From the IMG/VR virus record IMGVR_UViG_3300005612_000015, positions 1 to 36,264 of that record: a stretch of 36,264 nucleotides of DNA. One strand, given 5' to 3'. Every line of letters begins with the position of its first letter. Position 1 is the first letter of the stretch. A program made the position numbers and the translations under genes. The notes beneath the pieces were generated by a model that was not told where the DNA came from, ran no database searches, and worked only from the letters and a program-made list of their open reading frames with translations. This document shows positions 16,336-25,068 of the stretch, one piece after another. The stretch comes from a virus (lineage: Duplodnaviria > Caudoviricetes).

Positions 16336-17930
16336 ATTATGGCCCACCTTGTTCCTGTGCTTGTGATCTGTAAGCTTGTGCCAGCCGCCGCCACAAGGAT
16401 GGTGGCAGAAGCAACGAAGTTTATAGTCTCACCTAGAATCGGCTGAATAATTACGTTTTGCAAAGGTGGATTTCCTGGATCATTCTGCAGCGAAACATTC
16501 ATAACCCGGTTAATAGCAGATGCTGCCATCGGGAGCTGCACTGTAACAGCCGCAACCGCTGTACTTGTATCCACAAGGATATTAGAATCCTCGACAAGTG
16601 CAATATATGGGTTTACTGATCCATCTATTTCAATAGTGCGGTTGGTTACTACCTGGCTCCGCTCAAGATCGGCATGTGTGAACCATATGTAATGATCGCC
16701 GTTAGTGTAATTCATTACGCCGCCAACACCAGCGACCGTACACTCGTAAGCATCTAGAGTAATAGTGCTTGGACCGGTTACCGTGAACGAAATACTTTGA
16801 TTTCCGAGTATTTGAGGGGAAAATGTACCACCTGGAACTGTTGTGAATTGAGCAACTCCACTTGTGGTTACTCCATGGGGGGATGCTGTCGTTAATAGCG
16901 CAGGAGCCCCTACCGTACTGCTGGCAATATTAAGCCCAAATACAGGTTGTGCGGAGTATTCTATAGCGCCAGCAATTGGGGAATTTATAGGGCCAAATGC
17001 AGAGGTCTCCATTATAATTGCAGGAGTTGTCGGGCTTGGCGGTCCCAAATGTAGCCTTGCCTGCGGGTCATCTATGGCAACGCCTAACCCATTGCCTGCT
17101 ACAACTATCGCCGTAGAATTATTGGGACCGATCTTTAATGTGTTGCCAACAGAGTTTCTAACACCAATACCGATAGACCCAACATTTTGCCCATTCGCCT
17201 CACAGTTAATACCAAAAGCCATTGAGTTATTAAGCGCTGTAGCACTGCAGTTGACCCCCGATGTGTAAACAAAGGCGCCATCTGAAACACAATTAATTCC
17301 CGATGCCACAGAAGTCTGTGCATTTGTTGTGCTATCAATCCCGTTTGATACGCCGCCAAATGATGAACATCCAACCCCTGACACCGCTGATCCGTCATCG
17401 CCTGTGCACTCATAGCCAAATACAGCATTTTTTCCCCCAACTACATTACTTACCAGTAAATCAATCCCTACTCCTACACTATTCCTCCATAAAACCTGGT
17501 TATCTAAACCTACATTCAGGCTATGCCGAGAACCGCTAAAACTGCTGCAGCCATATCCCATAATAATGTTGGGATTGGCGGCAATATTTCCAGGAAAATT
17601 GTTATTATTAGGCCCTATCGTGAACTCTAAATCTGTATTCCGTGCCACCATATCTTCGCCATTGATCTGGTAGGAAAACGTTAACGGCATATCCAGGTTA
17701 TTATCTAAACTGAACCCACCACCGCCTACTCCATCATTGCCGTGTGCGTTCCAGTTGTCTGAAGTTGTCGGGGGTGTTGGCGGATTGGTTGGCGTGTGAT
17801 CGTCCAGGTCATCACTTGTGCTACCAAGGTGTAAAAGGAGATAGTTTATTGCCGCAGATCCACGCCGTAACCACTCCTCCCATGATTTAAGTCTGACAGG
17901 TATCCGGGGGTAGTTTTTTATTTCGCTCAC
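16332..17930 (-). CDS. Tail fibre with YadA-head-like repeats
   Basis: Roughly 14-residue S.A.G..C.A repeats, GLGVAIDDPQARLHL fibre motif, and a VTVQLP.A...W..I C-terminal domain. GTG start. Confidence 0.75.
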   Translation of the reverse strand: MSEIKNYPRIPVRLKSWEEWLRRGSAAINYLLLHLGSTSDDLDDHTPTNPPTPPTTSDNWNAHGNDGVGGGGFSLDNNLDMPLTFSYQINGEDMVARNTDLEFTIGPNNNNFPGNIAANPNIIMGYGCSSFSGSRHSLNVGLDNQVLWRNSVGVGIDLLVSNVVGGKNAVFGYECTGDDGSAVSGVGCSSFGGVSNGIDSTTNAQTSVASGINCVSDGAFVYTSGVNCSATALNNSMAFGINCEANGQNVGSIGIGVRNSVGNTLKIGPNNSTAIVVAGNGLGVAIDDPQARLHLGPPSPTTPAIIMETSAFGPINSPIAGAIEYSAQPVFGLNIASSTVGAPALLTTASPHGVTTSGVAQFTTVPGGTFSPQILGNQSISFTVTGPSTITLDAYECTVAGVGGVMNYTNGDHYIWFTHADLERSQVVTNRTIEIDGSVNPYIALVEDSNILVDTSTAVAAVTVQLPMAASAINRVMNVSLQNDPGNPPLQNVIIQPILGETINFVASATILVAAAGTSLQITSTGTRWAII

Positions 17931-19537
17931 TGAGACCCCGCCCCTGTGTACGTTACCTCGCCGCCAAATATGTGGTCATAGTCACCGTCAACATTAATCT
18001 CGAATCGATGGTAAAATGCGTTCGCCCGAAACTCTGATGATCCTGTTCTAGGGTTTGGCGGTCGCTCGGCAGACCAGGTGACCTCGCCATAGGTGGCGTT
18101 ACGCGTGCCCGTCCTTACAGTTATGTTCGGCGTGTTGCCATCCACAAGTGCCCTAAGGCCGGTTACAAACGCCTTCCCACCCGGAACAAGCATGGACTCA
18201 CCTACCTCGATACTTGCGCGTAGAGGCGGTCCTGTAAAGGATGATTGCTTGTGGTTAAAGCTGAATGCCTGCATCCTTGGATTGCCCCCCTTGAATAGTC
18301 CAGCATCAAGCTGGTACGGAAACTGATCAAGGTCAACATCTGCACCTGCATTGATAGTTGGCACATCAGGGAAGTTAATTGGAGTCACATCATCCAACAT
18401 AAACGAGGTGGAAGTCTCCGAGTAGACAAGCTCCTCAACCTCCATGAACAGGGGACCGGCAAAGCGTCCACTTGTCCAGTCATAGACTATAATCTTGTCT
18501 GGTACTTTTTCACCATTTGAATCTGTCCTGGCCTCATTACTAGGGTATCCCCACCAAATCAGCGACCGACTTATATCTACGGCAGATATAACACGCTGAG
18601 AGAATTCGCTGTCATAATCTTTCAAGAACGTATCATTTAACCGGTTTGATCCAATAGGTTCAGCCGTAGATCCATTGAAAATGTAAAAGCCATCGGTATC
18701 AATAAAGAATATATTTTCACCGTATTGAGCAATAGAGCCTGGTGCAGTCGTTCCATGGCCGGGTGAGATCTCGTCTATCTGGAAAACAATCTCCGGATCA
18801 CCGGCATAGTTAATCCTGTAAATGGATTGCTCGCAGAACACTACCCCGTATTCACCGCCGACAACTCCTGTTATCTGGCCACCACGCGGCAATAATTGTT
18901 CACCTGATTGGTTAAAAGTAGGCGTCCACCAGTTTGGATCACCAATAGCCGACCATTTAAGCAGATTTGTTTGCGCAGCCGTCCATCCGCCCATGATAAA
19001 CTCTCGGACAGGGGCAATATATCGGAGTGTCGGGATAGGATCTGTATTTTCGTTTAGTGGGTCATCTGCCCCGCTTGTTGGCAACATATCCTCAAAATTA
19101 CCGCTGAACCCAACTTGTTCCTGTATCGGGTCAATGCCATTTGCCACAATTACGCTACTGGCCCCCGTCACAAGGCTGACTGCTCGCGTGAAATCCCAGT
19201 TATGCGTCTCTGGAAGAGTATAGTTGTATGCAGGAGGCGCGGTATTAGGAGCCCTTGAGATCCGGACAAACGTTATGCCGCCAGGTTCGTCTGTATCCGT
19301 TTTACGCTCGTACAGGTCGTGTAAGTCACCTGCATAGTTGTGAACTACACCAAGGTCATCAGTAAGGCCAACAGCCCCCCTACATAGGCTATCAAGTGCG
19401 CTTGACTCCTCAACTATGTTATTAGCAGGAGTATATGAGGTAGCGTTTGGCAGTACGTTATCGGCACGAACCAGGCCTGGGTTGTCTCTATCAGGGTTAT
19501 CAGGTAACAAATCACCTAGTTTCGCCTGAGCAAACAT
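17927..19537 (-). CDS. Tail stabilisation / nozzle protein (P22 gp10-like)
   Basis: G.LLPD.P N-terminus, LKWSAIGDP..W...NQS..Q and G...PGSI.Q....FF...DGFY motifs. Confidence 0.85.
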   Translation of the reverse strand: MFAQAKLGDLLPDNPDRDNPGLVRADNVLPNATSYTPANNIVEESSALDSLCRGAVGLTDDLGVVHNYAGDLHDLYERKTDTDEPGGITFVRISRAPNTAPPAYNYTLPETHNWDFTRAVSLVTGASSVIVANGIDPIQEQVGFSGNFEDMLPTSGADDPLNENTDPIPTLRYIAPVREFIMGGWTAAQTNLLKWSAIGDPNWWTPTFNQSGEQLLPRGGQITGVVGGEYGVVFCEQSIYRINYAGDPEIVFQIDEISPGHGTTAPGSIAQYGENIFFIDTDGFYIFNGSTAEPIGSNRLNDTFLKDYDSEFSQRVISAVDISRSLIWWGYPSNEARTDSNGEKVPDKIIVYDWTSGRFAGPLFMEVEELVYSETSTSFMLDDVTPINFPDVPTINAGADVDLDQFPYQLDAGLFKGGNPRMQAFSFNHKQSSFTGPPLRASIEVGESMLVPGGKAFVTGLRALVDGNTPNITVRTGTRNATYGEVTWSAERPPNPRTGSSEFRANAFYHRFEINVDGDYDHIFGGEVTYTGAGSQ

Positions 19538-20187
19538 TATGCAACCCTTGTGGTAAGCGATACACCTGCATATCTGCGATTCTCAAGGTATCTCTTCATC
19601 TGGTTCAGGCTATTGGTAAAGCGGGTCTGCCATGTAGCTTCAGCTTCCACGTCCTTCCTGAATGCCGAAGCCTCAACCATAGACCCGCGTAGATAAACAT
19701 CAGGGAAATTAGTCATCAACCAATTAGTCGGGGCAAGGTCAGTAAGGGGAGGGAGAACAGCCTTGTAAACAATAACAAAATCCGCAGTCGGCCCCCGATT
19801 GAACCGGATAACATCGTCAAGGATTGTATAAATCCATGCAGATTCAGTACCAGGCGCTGCCCCAGTTGACCGCTGCGTATCAAGCGAGAACATTTCCGGA
19901 GTCCGGTAGTCCGCTGTCTGTATGTTGTTACCGGTTCCAAAAGTTATTGACCGGATACCACGGAAGTCACCCAGCGATACAGTGTAGTCTGTTGGATAAT
20001 CGCCGTTAATGTCCGCTACAGGAGTGAATGACTCTTCTGTATCAAGTGCTGACTGGTCAAGTTCTCTACGAATTACAGCCTCTGCAAGGCTGACAAAATC
20101 GGGCACAGTTGAGATAAACGTCGGCTCATCGGCCGCCGCCCATGTGATGATAGATCCCTGCAGGTCGCTGTAATTGGCTATAGCCAT
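19537..20187 (-). CDS. Head-tail adaptor protein
   Basis: MAI.NYSDLQ..I..W, PDFV.LAEA.I.R.L and TNWL....PD.YL.GS..EA motifs. Confidence 0.88.
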   Translation of the reverse strand: MAIANYSDLQGSIITWAAADEPTFISTVPDFVSLAEAVIRRELDQSALDTEESFTPVADINGDYPTDYTVSLGDFRGIRSITFGTGNNIQTADYRTPEMFSLDTQRSTGAAPGTESAWIYTILDDVIRFNRGPTADFVIVYKAVLPPLTDLAPTNWLMTNFPDVYLRGSMVEASAFRKDVEAEATWQTRFTNSLNQMKRYLENRRYAGVSLTTRVA

Positions 20188-20423
20188 TAGTAAATCTTAT
20201 CTTGCTTGCGCTTGCGACTACGGAGCGCACCGGCTGCACGTGACAGCGTTCCTGTTCCAGTCAAGCCAGCACTGGGGCCTCTACGACTGCGAGTCGGCCG
20301 CTTTTTAACCGTGACCCTTGCTCGCCGGTTCGGGTATCCGTCAGTCTCAGTATAAGCAGACATGCGGTCGCCACCTTTCATCTGTGATAATGCGGATTTC
20401 AATCTGTTACCTTTATTTGCCAT
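20187..20423 (-). CDS. Small highly basic protein
   Basis: R/K-rich, 78 aa; GGAGG RBS; TAATG coupling to the adaptor gene. Confidence 0.7.
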   Translation of the reverse strand: MANKGNRLKSALSQMKGGDRMSAYTETDGYPNRRARVTVKKRPTRSRRGPSAGLTGTGTLSRAAGALRSRKRKQDKIY

Positions 20424-20426
20424 TTC

Positions 20427-21500
20427 CTACCTCCTGCCAATTATGGTTGATACGGATGGGTCAAACATTACGAAATTACGTGTTCCTTCGCCTGCTGTTC
20501 TAGAGCCTGCATCATAGTATTTGATTCCGGGGATGCCGAGAGTGTTCAGCTCTTTAGACGCCATTACAGAAGGATCTAAAGATCCTGCATCGCTATATAA
20601 ATCACTCAATTCTTGATATATATCTTTTCCAACAGGATCATACCCACCTCTAGGGTGAGTACCCCTAACAGCAGCTAAAGCAAGGTTATCAAAATCATCA
20701 AAATCTTGATAATCAACAACCTGTTTGATCCCTTTCCGCACACTCTCCGGCTGTTCACTCAACGGCGCATCCCAGTCCAGCATCTTGGCTATCTGTTCGT
20801 CGGGGAGGTCAACGTCGTAGAGATGGCCTGCCTGTTCATCTGCATTATCTATAAACTTCTGCGCTTCAGCTTCTGTGTCAAAGTAAAAGTCGGTATCTTG
20901 GTAGCCTGTTTTTTTGTCATATAAACCCCACTTGCCGGACACACCGGCAGGGAGGCCGGGTTCATACCCCCTTATCACAGCTGGATCAGTGCCGCGCCCA
21001 GGCGCAAGATCAACCTGATAACTCTTAGCCGTCCCTGGGTCCTCAGCCAAATATATACCATGCCCATAAGCCTGCGCACCTTCACCCGTGCCGATCTTTG
21101 ACAGGTCGAACTCACCTAGCGGGTTGCTTTCTGTTGGCGGGAACCTGTGCGGGGTACCGTGATAGGCCGTCATCAGGCCCGGTAAGATGCCACCACCCAT
21201 CTTAGCCAACATAGCCGCATCACCAATACCAGGAACGGCAGTGGCCATGTTAAGCATCCCTGCACCTATGTTGCCGGATTGTAGCTCCCTGATACCCTGT
21301 TCTAGAGCCATAGCATCACCTAGACCAGGAGAGAACTCCATACCCGTCTTAACAGCACCGCCGATAGTCGCAGGTGGACCCGTTTGCTCCTGGACAAGCC
21401 TGTCCGCCGCAAGGTTGCCAGATGAGAATTGAGGATTAAGCGGCGCATTCATTGCCCTGTTCAGCTCACCACTAATTATTTGCTGTAGTAATCCGGGCAT
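20427..21500 (-). CDS. ART-PolyVal-like (ADP-ribosyltransferase fold) protein with a PT-TG-like N-terminal region
   Basis: AYHGTPH.F...FDLSKIGTGEGAQAYGHGIYLAE....A..Y, G.LY.VD.PD and GIPGIKY.D..SR.....NFV.FD. The N-terminus carries PGLGDA...AVPGIGDAA. Confidence 0.8.
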   Translation of the reverse strand: MPGLLQQIISGELNRAMNAPLNPQFSSGNLAADRLVQEQTGPPATIGGAVKTGMEFSPGLGDAMALEQGIRELQSGNIGAGMLNMATAVPGIGDAAMLAKMGGGILPGLMTAYHGTPHRFPPTESNPLGEFDLSKIGTGEGAQAYGHGIYLAEDPGTAKSYQVDLAPGRGTDPAVIRGYEPGLPAGVSGKWGLYDKKTGYQDTDFYFDTEAEAQKFIDNADEQAGHLYDVDLPDEQIAKMLDWDAPLSEQPESVRKGIKQVVDYQDFDDFDNLALAAVRGTHPRGGYDPVGKDIYQELSDLYSDAGSLDPSVMASKELNTLGIPGIKYYDAGSRTAGEGTRNFVMFDPSVSTIIGRR

Positions 21501-21514
21501 ATCAATCTCGCAAA

Positions 21515-21572
21515 TTTAGCTGGTATTTATGCGCCGACCTGGGGAGGTTGAAAGCGCAACGGAACCAGTAAA
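21515..21572. ncRNA. Candidate structured RNA hairpin in the leader of the ART-like gene
   Basis: Nested pairs TTTA-(G)-CTGGT/ACCAG-TAAA, TGCGC/GCGCA and CGACCT-GGGG-AGGTTG. No U-tract follows. Confidence 0.4.
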
Positions 21573-21581
21573 CCGATACCG

Positions 21582-21707
21582 TTATTTGTAGCCGCGTTTA
21601 GGCTTGCGTGCAAACTTGCGAGCCACTGATTTGGGCGGGCACCCTTTCTTGCGTTTGTTAGCACACATACCCATATATTTCTGTTGTGCCTTGCTTTTGG
21701 CTGGCAT
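21582..21707 (-). CDS. Small basic protein (41 aa), DUF3008-like N-terminus
   Basis: Read manually: MPAKSKAQQKYMGMCANKRKKGCPPKSVARKFARKPKRGYK. TAATG coupling. Confidence 0.7.
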   Translation of the reverse strand: MPAKSKAQQKYMGMCANKRKKGCPPKSVARKFARKPKRGYK

Positions 21708-21964
21708 TATGGCGCTGGCACAACACCATGAGGTACAGCGCAACAAGGGGCATCAGCCGGGTCTATCGTAGTACCTACGGCGTCGTCAGAAACAGTCCAG
21801 CCTAAAATCCACGCGTCCGAGTCTTCAGACCCGATCTCATGCGGATTTTCAGTTACCAGCGTAACCGCGTTATATCTGTTCTGCATACCTTCGCAAAAAG
21901 CTCTTGCAGTACGCGGATACCATGCATTGTTCTTTGGCTCCCCGAAACACAATTTACCAGCCAT
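21707..21964 (-). CDS. Rmf/CrpP-like small protein
   Basis: AF.EG...........NPH......AW..GW pattern; GGAG RBS. Confidence 0.55.
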   Translation of the reverse strand: MAGKLCFGEPKNNAWYPRTARAFCEGMQNRYNAVTLVTENPHEIGSEDSDAWILGWTVSDDAVGTTIDPADAPCCAVPHGVVPAP

Positions 21965-21973
21965 GATAATCTC

Positions 21974-22315
21974 CTACGTTCTTGAATAAACTACCCAATT
22001 AGGCTCCAATATTTCAACCTGTTTAAACCCTTTCATTCTCGTACTTTCATCTTTAGAGTTAAGCAGATCCATAGTCGGCTTATGCTTCTTTTTAAAGATA
22101 TTCCACTGCTCTACTGACGGACATGAAATTACCCCCCTGATGTCCTCATTCTCATGAAGCCCCAGCTTCCCCTTATTGAGCATCCCTGAGAGCCGGATAT
22201 CATTGTTTCTGTGGAGTGCAGCGTCATCGTAGAAGGTGGTCTGAACATAGAATTTACCGTCCTCAGACTTACCGATTGTCTTTGAATTACTACCGTAGCC
22301 GATTACATCAGACAT
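21974..22315 (-). CDS. Conserved phage protein downstream of the capsid gene
   Basis: GGGAGG RBS; conserved position in this type of head module. Confidence 0.75.
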   Translation of the reverse strand: MSDVIGYGSNSKTIGKSEDGKFYVQTTFYDDAALHRNNDIRLSGMLNKGKLGLHENEDIRGVISCPSVEQWNIFKKKHKPTMDLLNSKDESTRMKGFKQVEILEPNWVVYSRT

Positions 22316-22527
22316 GCCAGCCTCCCCTTATACCTTGCTGCATCTTCATCACTTAGGACTACATGAGCACCCGGAGGACACCTGCCATGCTGGGTGAATA
22401 CGTTAACCTTTGTCACATTCACATAGGTTTTGTCTACTTGCTCCTCAACTACAGGTGTAGCGTCAGCCGGGGGTTTTCTAGGCCGCCCCCGTTTCTTTGG
22501 CGGAACATAAACTTCATCATCTCCCAT
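22303..22527 (-). CDS. Small protein with an AT-hook-like motif
   Basis: PPKKRGRPRKPP; AGGAGG RBS. Confidence 0.75.
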   Translation of the reverse strand: MGDDEVYVPPKKRGRPRKPPADATPVVEEQVDKTYVNVTKVNVFTQHGRCPPGAHVVLSDEDAARYKGRLACLM

Positions 22528-22539
22528 TTTTTACCTCCT

Positions 22540-22567
22540 AAAAAAAGGCGGGGGATTTCACCCCGCC
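22540..22567 (-). terminator. Intrinsic terminator after the major capsid gene
   Basis: On the - strand: GGCGGGG-tgaaatc-CCCCGCC-TTTTTTT. Confidence 0.88.
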
Positions 22568-22579
22568 AATTGGGATTTA

Positions 22580-23728
22580 TTAAACAGTACCCGCTAGTGT
22601 GGTTGAAACGTCAGCCACCACCGCATTACCTTCTGGATTCAGGCAACACAACGCAAAGTCAACCGTAATTTCCCGATTTTCCGCGATACCTGTACGTGCC
22701 AGATCCTTGGTTTCATAACCCTGCAGATACGACCGTTCCCAAAGCTCCATATCAAGCAAATACAGATCTGCAGATACGCCAGCCTCTGAATCAGGCTGGA
22801 AAAGATTGGGGGTCAGGAATAAAGTGCCAAAATTTGTTACTAGCACATTTACGGAGCCCTGAGCTACGATGCCACCAGTCGATTGCCCATCACCTGAGCT
22901 ATTGTCGACCCTGTTACCCTGTGGTGCAGTGGATTGCAAAGTTGCAACACGCGCCGAGCTGGTGAACAGATAATCGGACATAATCTCGATTACAGCAGGA
23001 GTAGACATGGCGACGGAAGGCTGTCCACCATTTTCGTAAGCCGCCCTCATCATGTTTTTGGTGGCAGTCTCAGACCATGCCCAAGTATCGCCGACACCCG
23101 CCTCTGTAGCTGGATATCCGCCACCACTCGTGGTGTTAGAGAGAATAGGGTCCGCACCTAATCCGGCACCGCGTATTGAGTTATTGGATGAAGTAGAACC
23201 AGGGGTTGTACTAGGGTCATCATCACCCGTGTCGATGTTGAACTGCGGCACACCAATCCATCCGCCAACGCCGGCAGTCCAACCTGGAACCGTAGAACCG
23301 TCGCCTTCCTGAGCAATGCCGCGAGATGCATAGGTTGACTCTTCATCACGCCGGAGCGCTCGCTGACGCTTGATAAGCTGGCGAATCAACTCATCGCTTG
23401 AGCCTACAGTATCGGAGTTGCTTGCACGGTCAGAGACCTTGATGGTCTTGGATGCAATCTGGTGGTAAGTTTCAAGACGCTCACCGGTCCGTGTATCGTT
23501 TCCGGTAGAGTCTGAACCAGACACCCGCGCATTTCGCGGATTGGCAACTTCTAGTGATTCACGAATCCACCCTTTTAGGGTGTTTCCCGAATCCATGGTG
23601 CCTGTCTGATCGCATATTACTCTGGGGTCGGGAGATATATCATACACGGCATTCATGAGCGATTCGTGTATTGCTCCGCGCACGGGAACCGCTGCGAGAT
23701 CCGCAGCGGTAAGGTTTATATTGGTCAT
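22580..23728 (-). CDS. Major capsid protein (DUF5309 / SU10-like)
   Basis: E.L...VYDISP, W..E.L, QI..KTI.VS, EL..Q......L.RD.E, T.FG.L...PN.F and LA.TG motifs. Follows the scaffold gene and precedes a terminator. Confidence 0.9.
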   Translation of the reverse strand: MTNINLTAADLAAVPVRGAIHESLMNAVYDISPDPRVICDQTGTMDSGNTLKGWIRESLEVANPRNARVSGSDSTGNDTRTGERLETYHQIASKTIKVSDRASNSDTVGSSDELIRQLIKRQRALRRDEESTYASRGIAQEGDGSTVPGWTAGVGGWIGVPQFNIDTGDDDPSTTPGSTSSNNSIRGAGLGADPILSNTTSGGGYPATEAGVGDTWAWSETATKNMMRAAYENGGQPSVAMSTPAVIEIMSDYLFTSSARVATLQSTAPQGNRVDNSSGDGQSTGGIVAQGSVNVLVTNFGTLFLTPNLFQPDSEAGVSADLYLLDMELWERSYLQGYETKDLARTGIAENREITVDFALCCLNPEGNAVVADVSTTLAGTV

Positions 23729-23792
23729 AGTAGCCTCCTAATAGTTAAGAAAAAGTTGTGTTAACCTTTATCCTTACCAGCAAGAAGCTACT
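23729..23792 (-). promoter_or_regulatory. Leader hairpin sequestering the capsid RBS
   Basis: AGUAGCUUCU/GGAGGCUACU (10 bp), UGGU-AAGGA/UUCUU-A-ACUA and AAAGGUU/AACUUUU. The G-U pairs are valid on the mRNA strand only. Confidence 0.6.
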
Positions 23793-23857
23793 CGCCTTTA
23801 CTTGATAATTTGCACATCTCTATGCAGGTTATTGAAACACTAGCACATAATTAATAA

Positions 23858-24043
23858 TTAATCCAGATCTCTGTATCTCTCTATCACATCAAGGGCTGAA
23901 TCAATTTCCATATAAATCTTGTCTCTATCAATATCAGGTGAGGTTATGCAGCAAGTCCTCTTAAAATCATCTGACCATGACACGCTGCCATGTTCATCCG
24001 TATGGCGATTGCCAGTCCTTACAATTATCTCCGTGGTGATCAT
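23858..24043 (-). CDS. Small hypothetical protein
   Basis: ATGA overlap with the scaffold stop. Confidence 0.6.
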   Translation of the reverse strand: MITTEIIVRTGNRHTDEHGSVSWSDDFKRTCCITSPDIDRDKIYMEIDSALDVIERYRDLD

Positions 24044-25068
24044 TCCGCCAGCCCCCTTGCAAGCAACATCCTTACCGCATCCGTTTCAGCCTGCTTTTTA
24101 CCGCCAACAGGTGCTCCCCGTATCCCCTTCTTAAGCCCTTGAACTGTAACACCTTTTTTCTGTGATGTTGGCGTCCCTGTGGCCCGGATTCGCTTGGGTG
24201 CCTTGCGTACAACCTTCATGGCTTCAGTTGCCGCACCTTTTTCACCCCTTAGGCCATCTAGTTCAAGCATCAACTCTATAAGTTGTGGGTCCCTTATGCG
24301 GTTTACTGTTTCGCTTTTACACCCAGCACCCTCCATCAAACGGCGCACTTTGCCGTGATCGGCGTCCATAACAGCCGGGTCGCTCCATGCAGGATGGTGC
24401 TCTATCATTTCAGCACGCAGCACACCCATTGCCTCACGCTGACCCATTTCAGCAGCATATATTGCCCTGTTGACATTTTCGCCTGCATTTGCAGCGGCCA
24501 TTTGATACTGCTGGCGCAATAATGCAGCCTTCCCTGGGTCCTGTTGCTCCATTTCAGGCCAATTTATCGACTGATATTGGTCTACCACAGATTTAAGTGC
24601 AGCTTTGGCGTCTACTACCCCCTGGTCCACTTCCTGCGCATGCTGGCTGGCCTTACCAGCGGTTTCCTTTAGTGCAGTATTCTCTGCAGCAAGTCGAGCC
24701 CTTTCTTTGCTTGCTTCCTGATATTTGTCTTTAATATCACCAAGCCTAACCGGCTCAACTCCATCACCCATCGGAACCTCAACATCATACATCTGGGATG
24801 GCTCAAACCCGATAGCTTCCCCTAGTGACGTGACGGTGTAACTATCAGCCGGTTCAGCCTCTTCAGATACAGCCTCCTCAGAGACAGGTTCAGACTCTTC
24901 AGTCTCCTGCTCAATAGGCTCTGCGCTGTCAATTAACAGGTCAGCAACCTGCTCAACAGCGGCGTCCTCCTGAGCATCTGCTGACTCCTCAGTAGCTACC
25001 GGTTGCTCAGTAGGTGCTTGCGCTGCAAACAGCTCACGTACCGCATTAACGTCATTTTTCCCGCTCAT
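24040..25068 (-). CDS. Scaffolding protein
   Basis: Acidic N-terminus, DG....V.L.D, INW.E..Q.DP and P.W.D motifs, basic C-terminus; lies between portal and capsid. Confidence 0.85.
   Translation of the reverse strand: MSGKNDVNAVRELFAAQAPTEQPVATEESADAQEDAAVEQVADLLIDSAEPIEQETEESEPVSEEAVSEEAEPADSYTVTSLGEAIGFEPSQMYDVEVPMGDGVEPVRLGDIKDKYQEASKERARLAAENTALKETAGKASQHAQEVDQGVVDAKAALKSVVDQYQSINWPEMEQQDPGKAALLRQQYQMAAANAGENVNRAIYAAEMGQREAMGVLRAEMIEHHPAWSDPAVMDADHGKVRRLMEGAGCKSETVNRIRDPQLIELMLELDGLRGEKGAATEAMKVVRKAPKRIRATGTPTSQKKGVTVQGLKKGIRGAPVGGKKQAETDAVRMLLARGLAE

Noticed and set aside
22560-22600. Capsid C-terminal frameshift or readthrough extension
   Set aside because: Tandem TAA TAA stops followed by a terminator, with no convincing slippery site.
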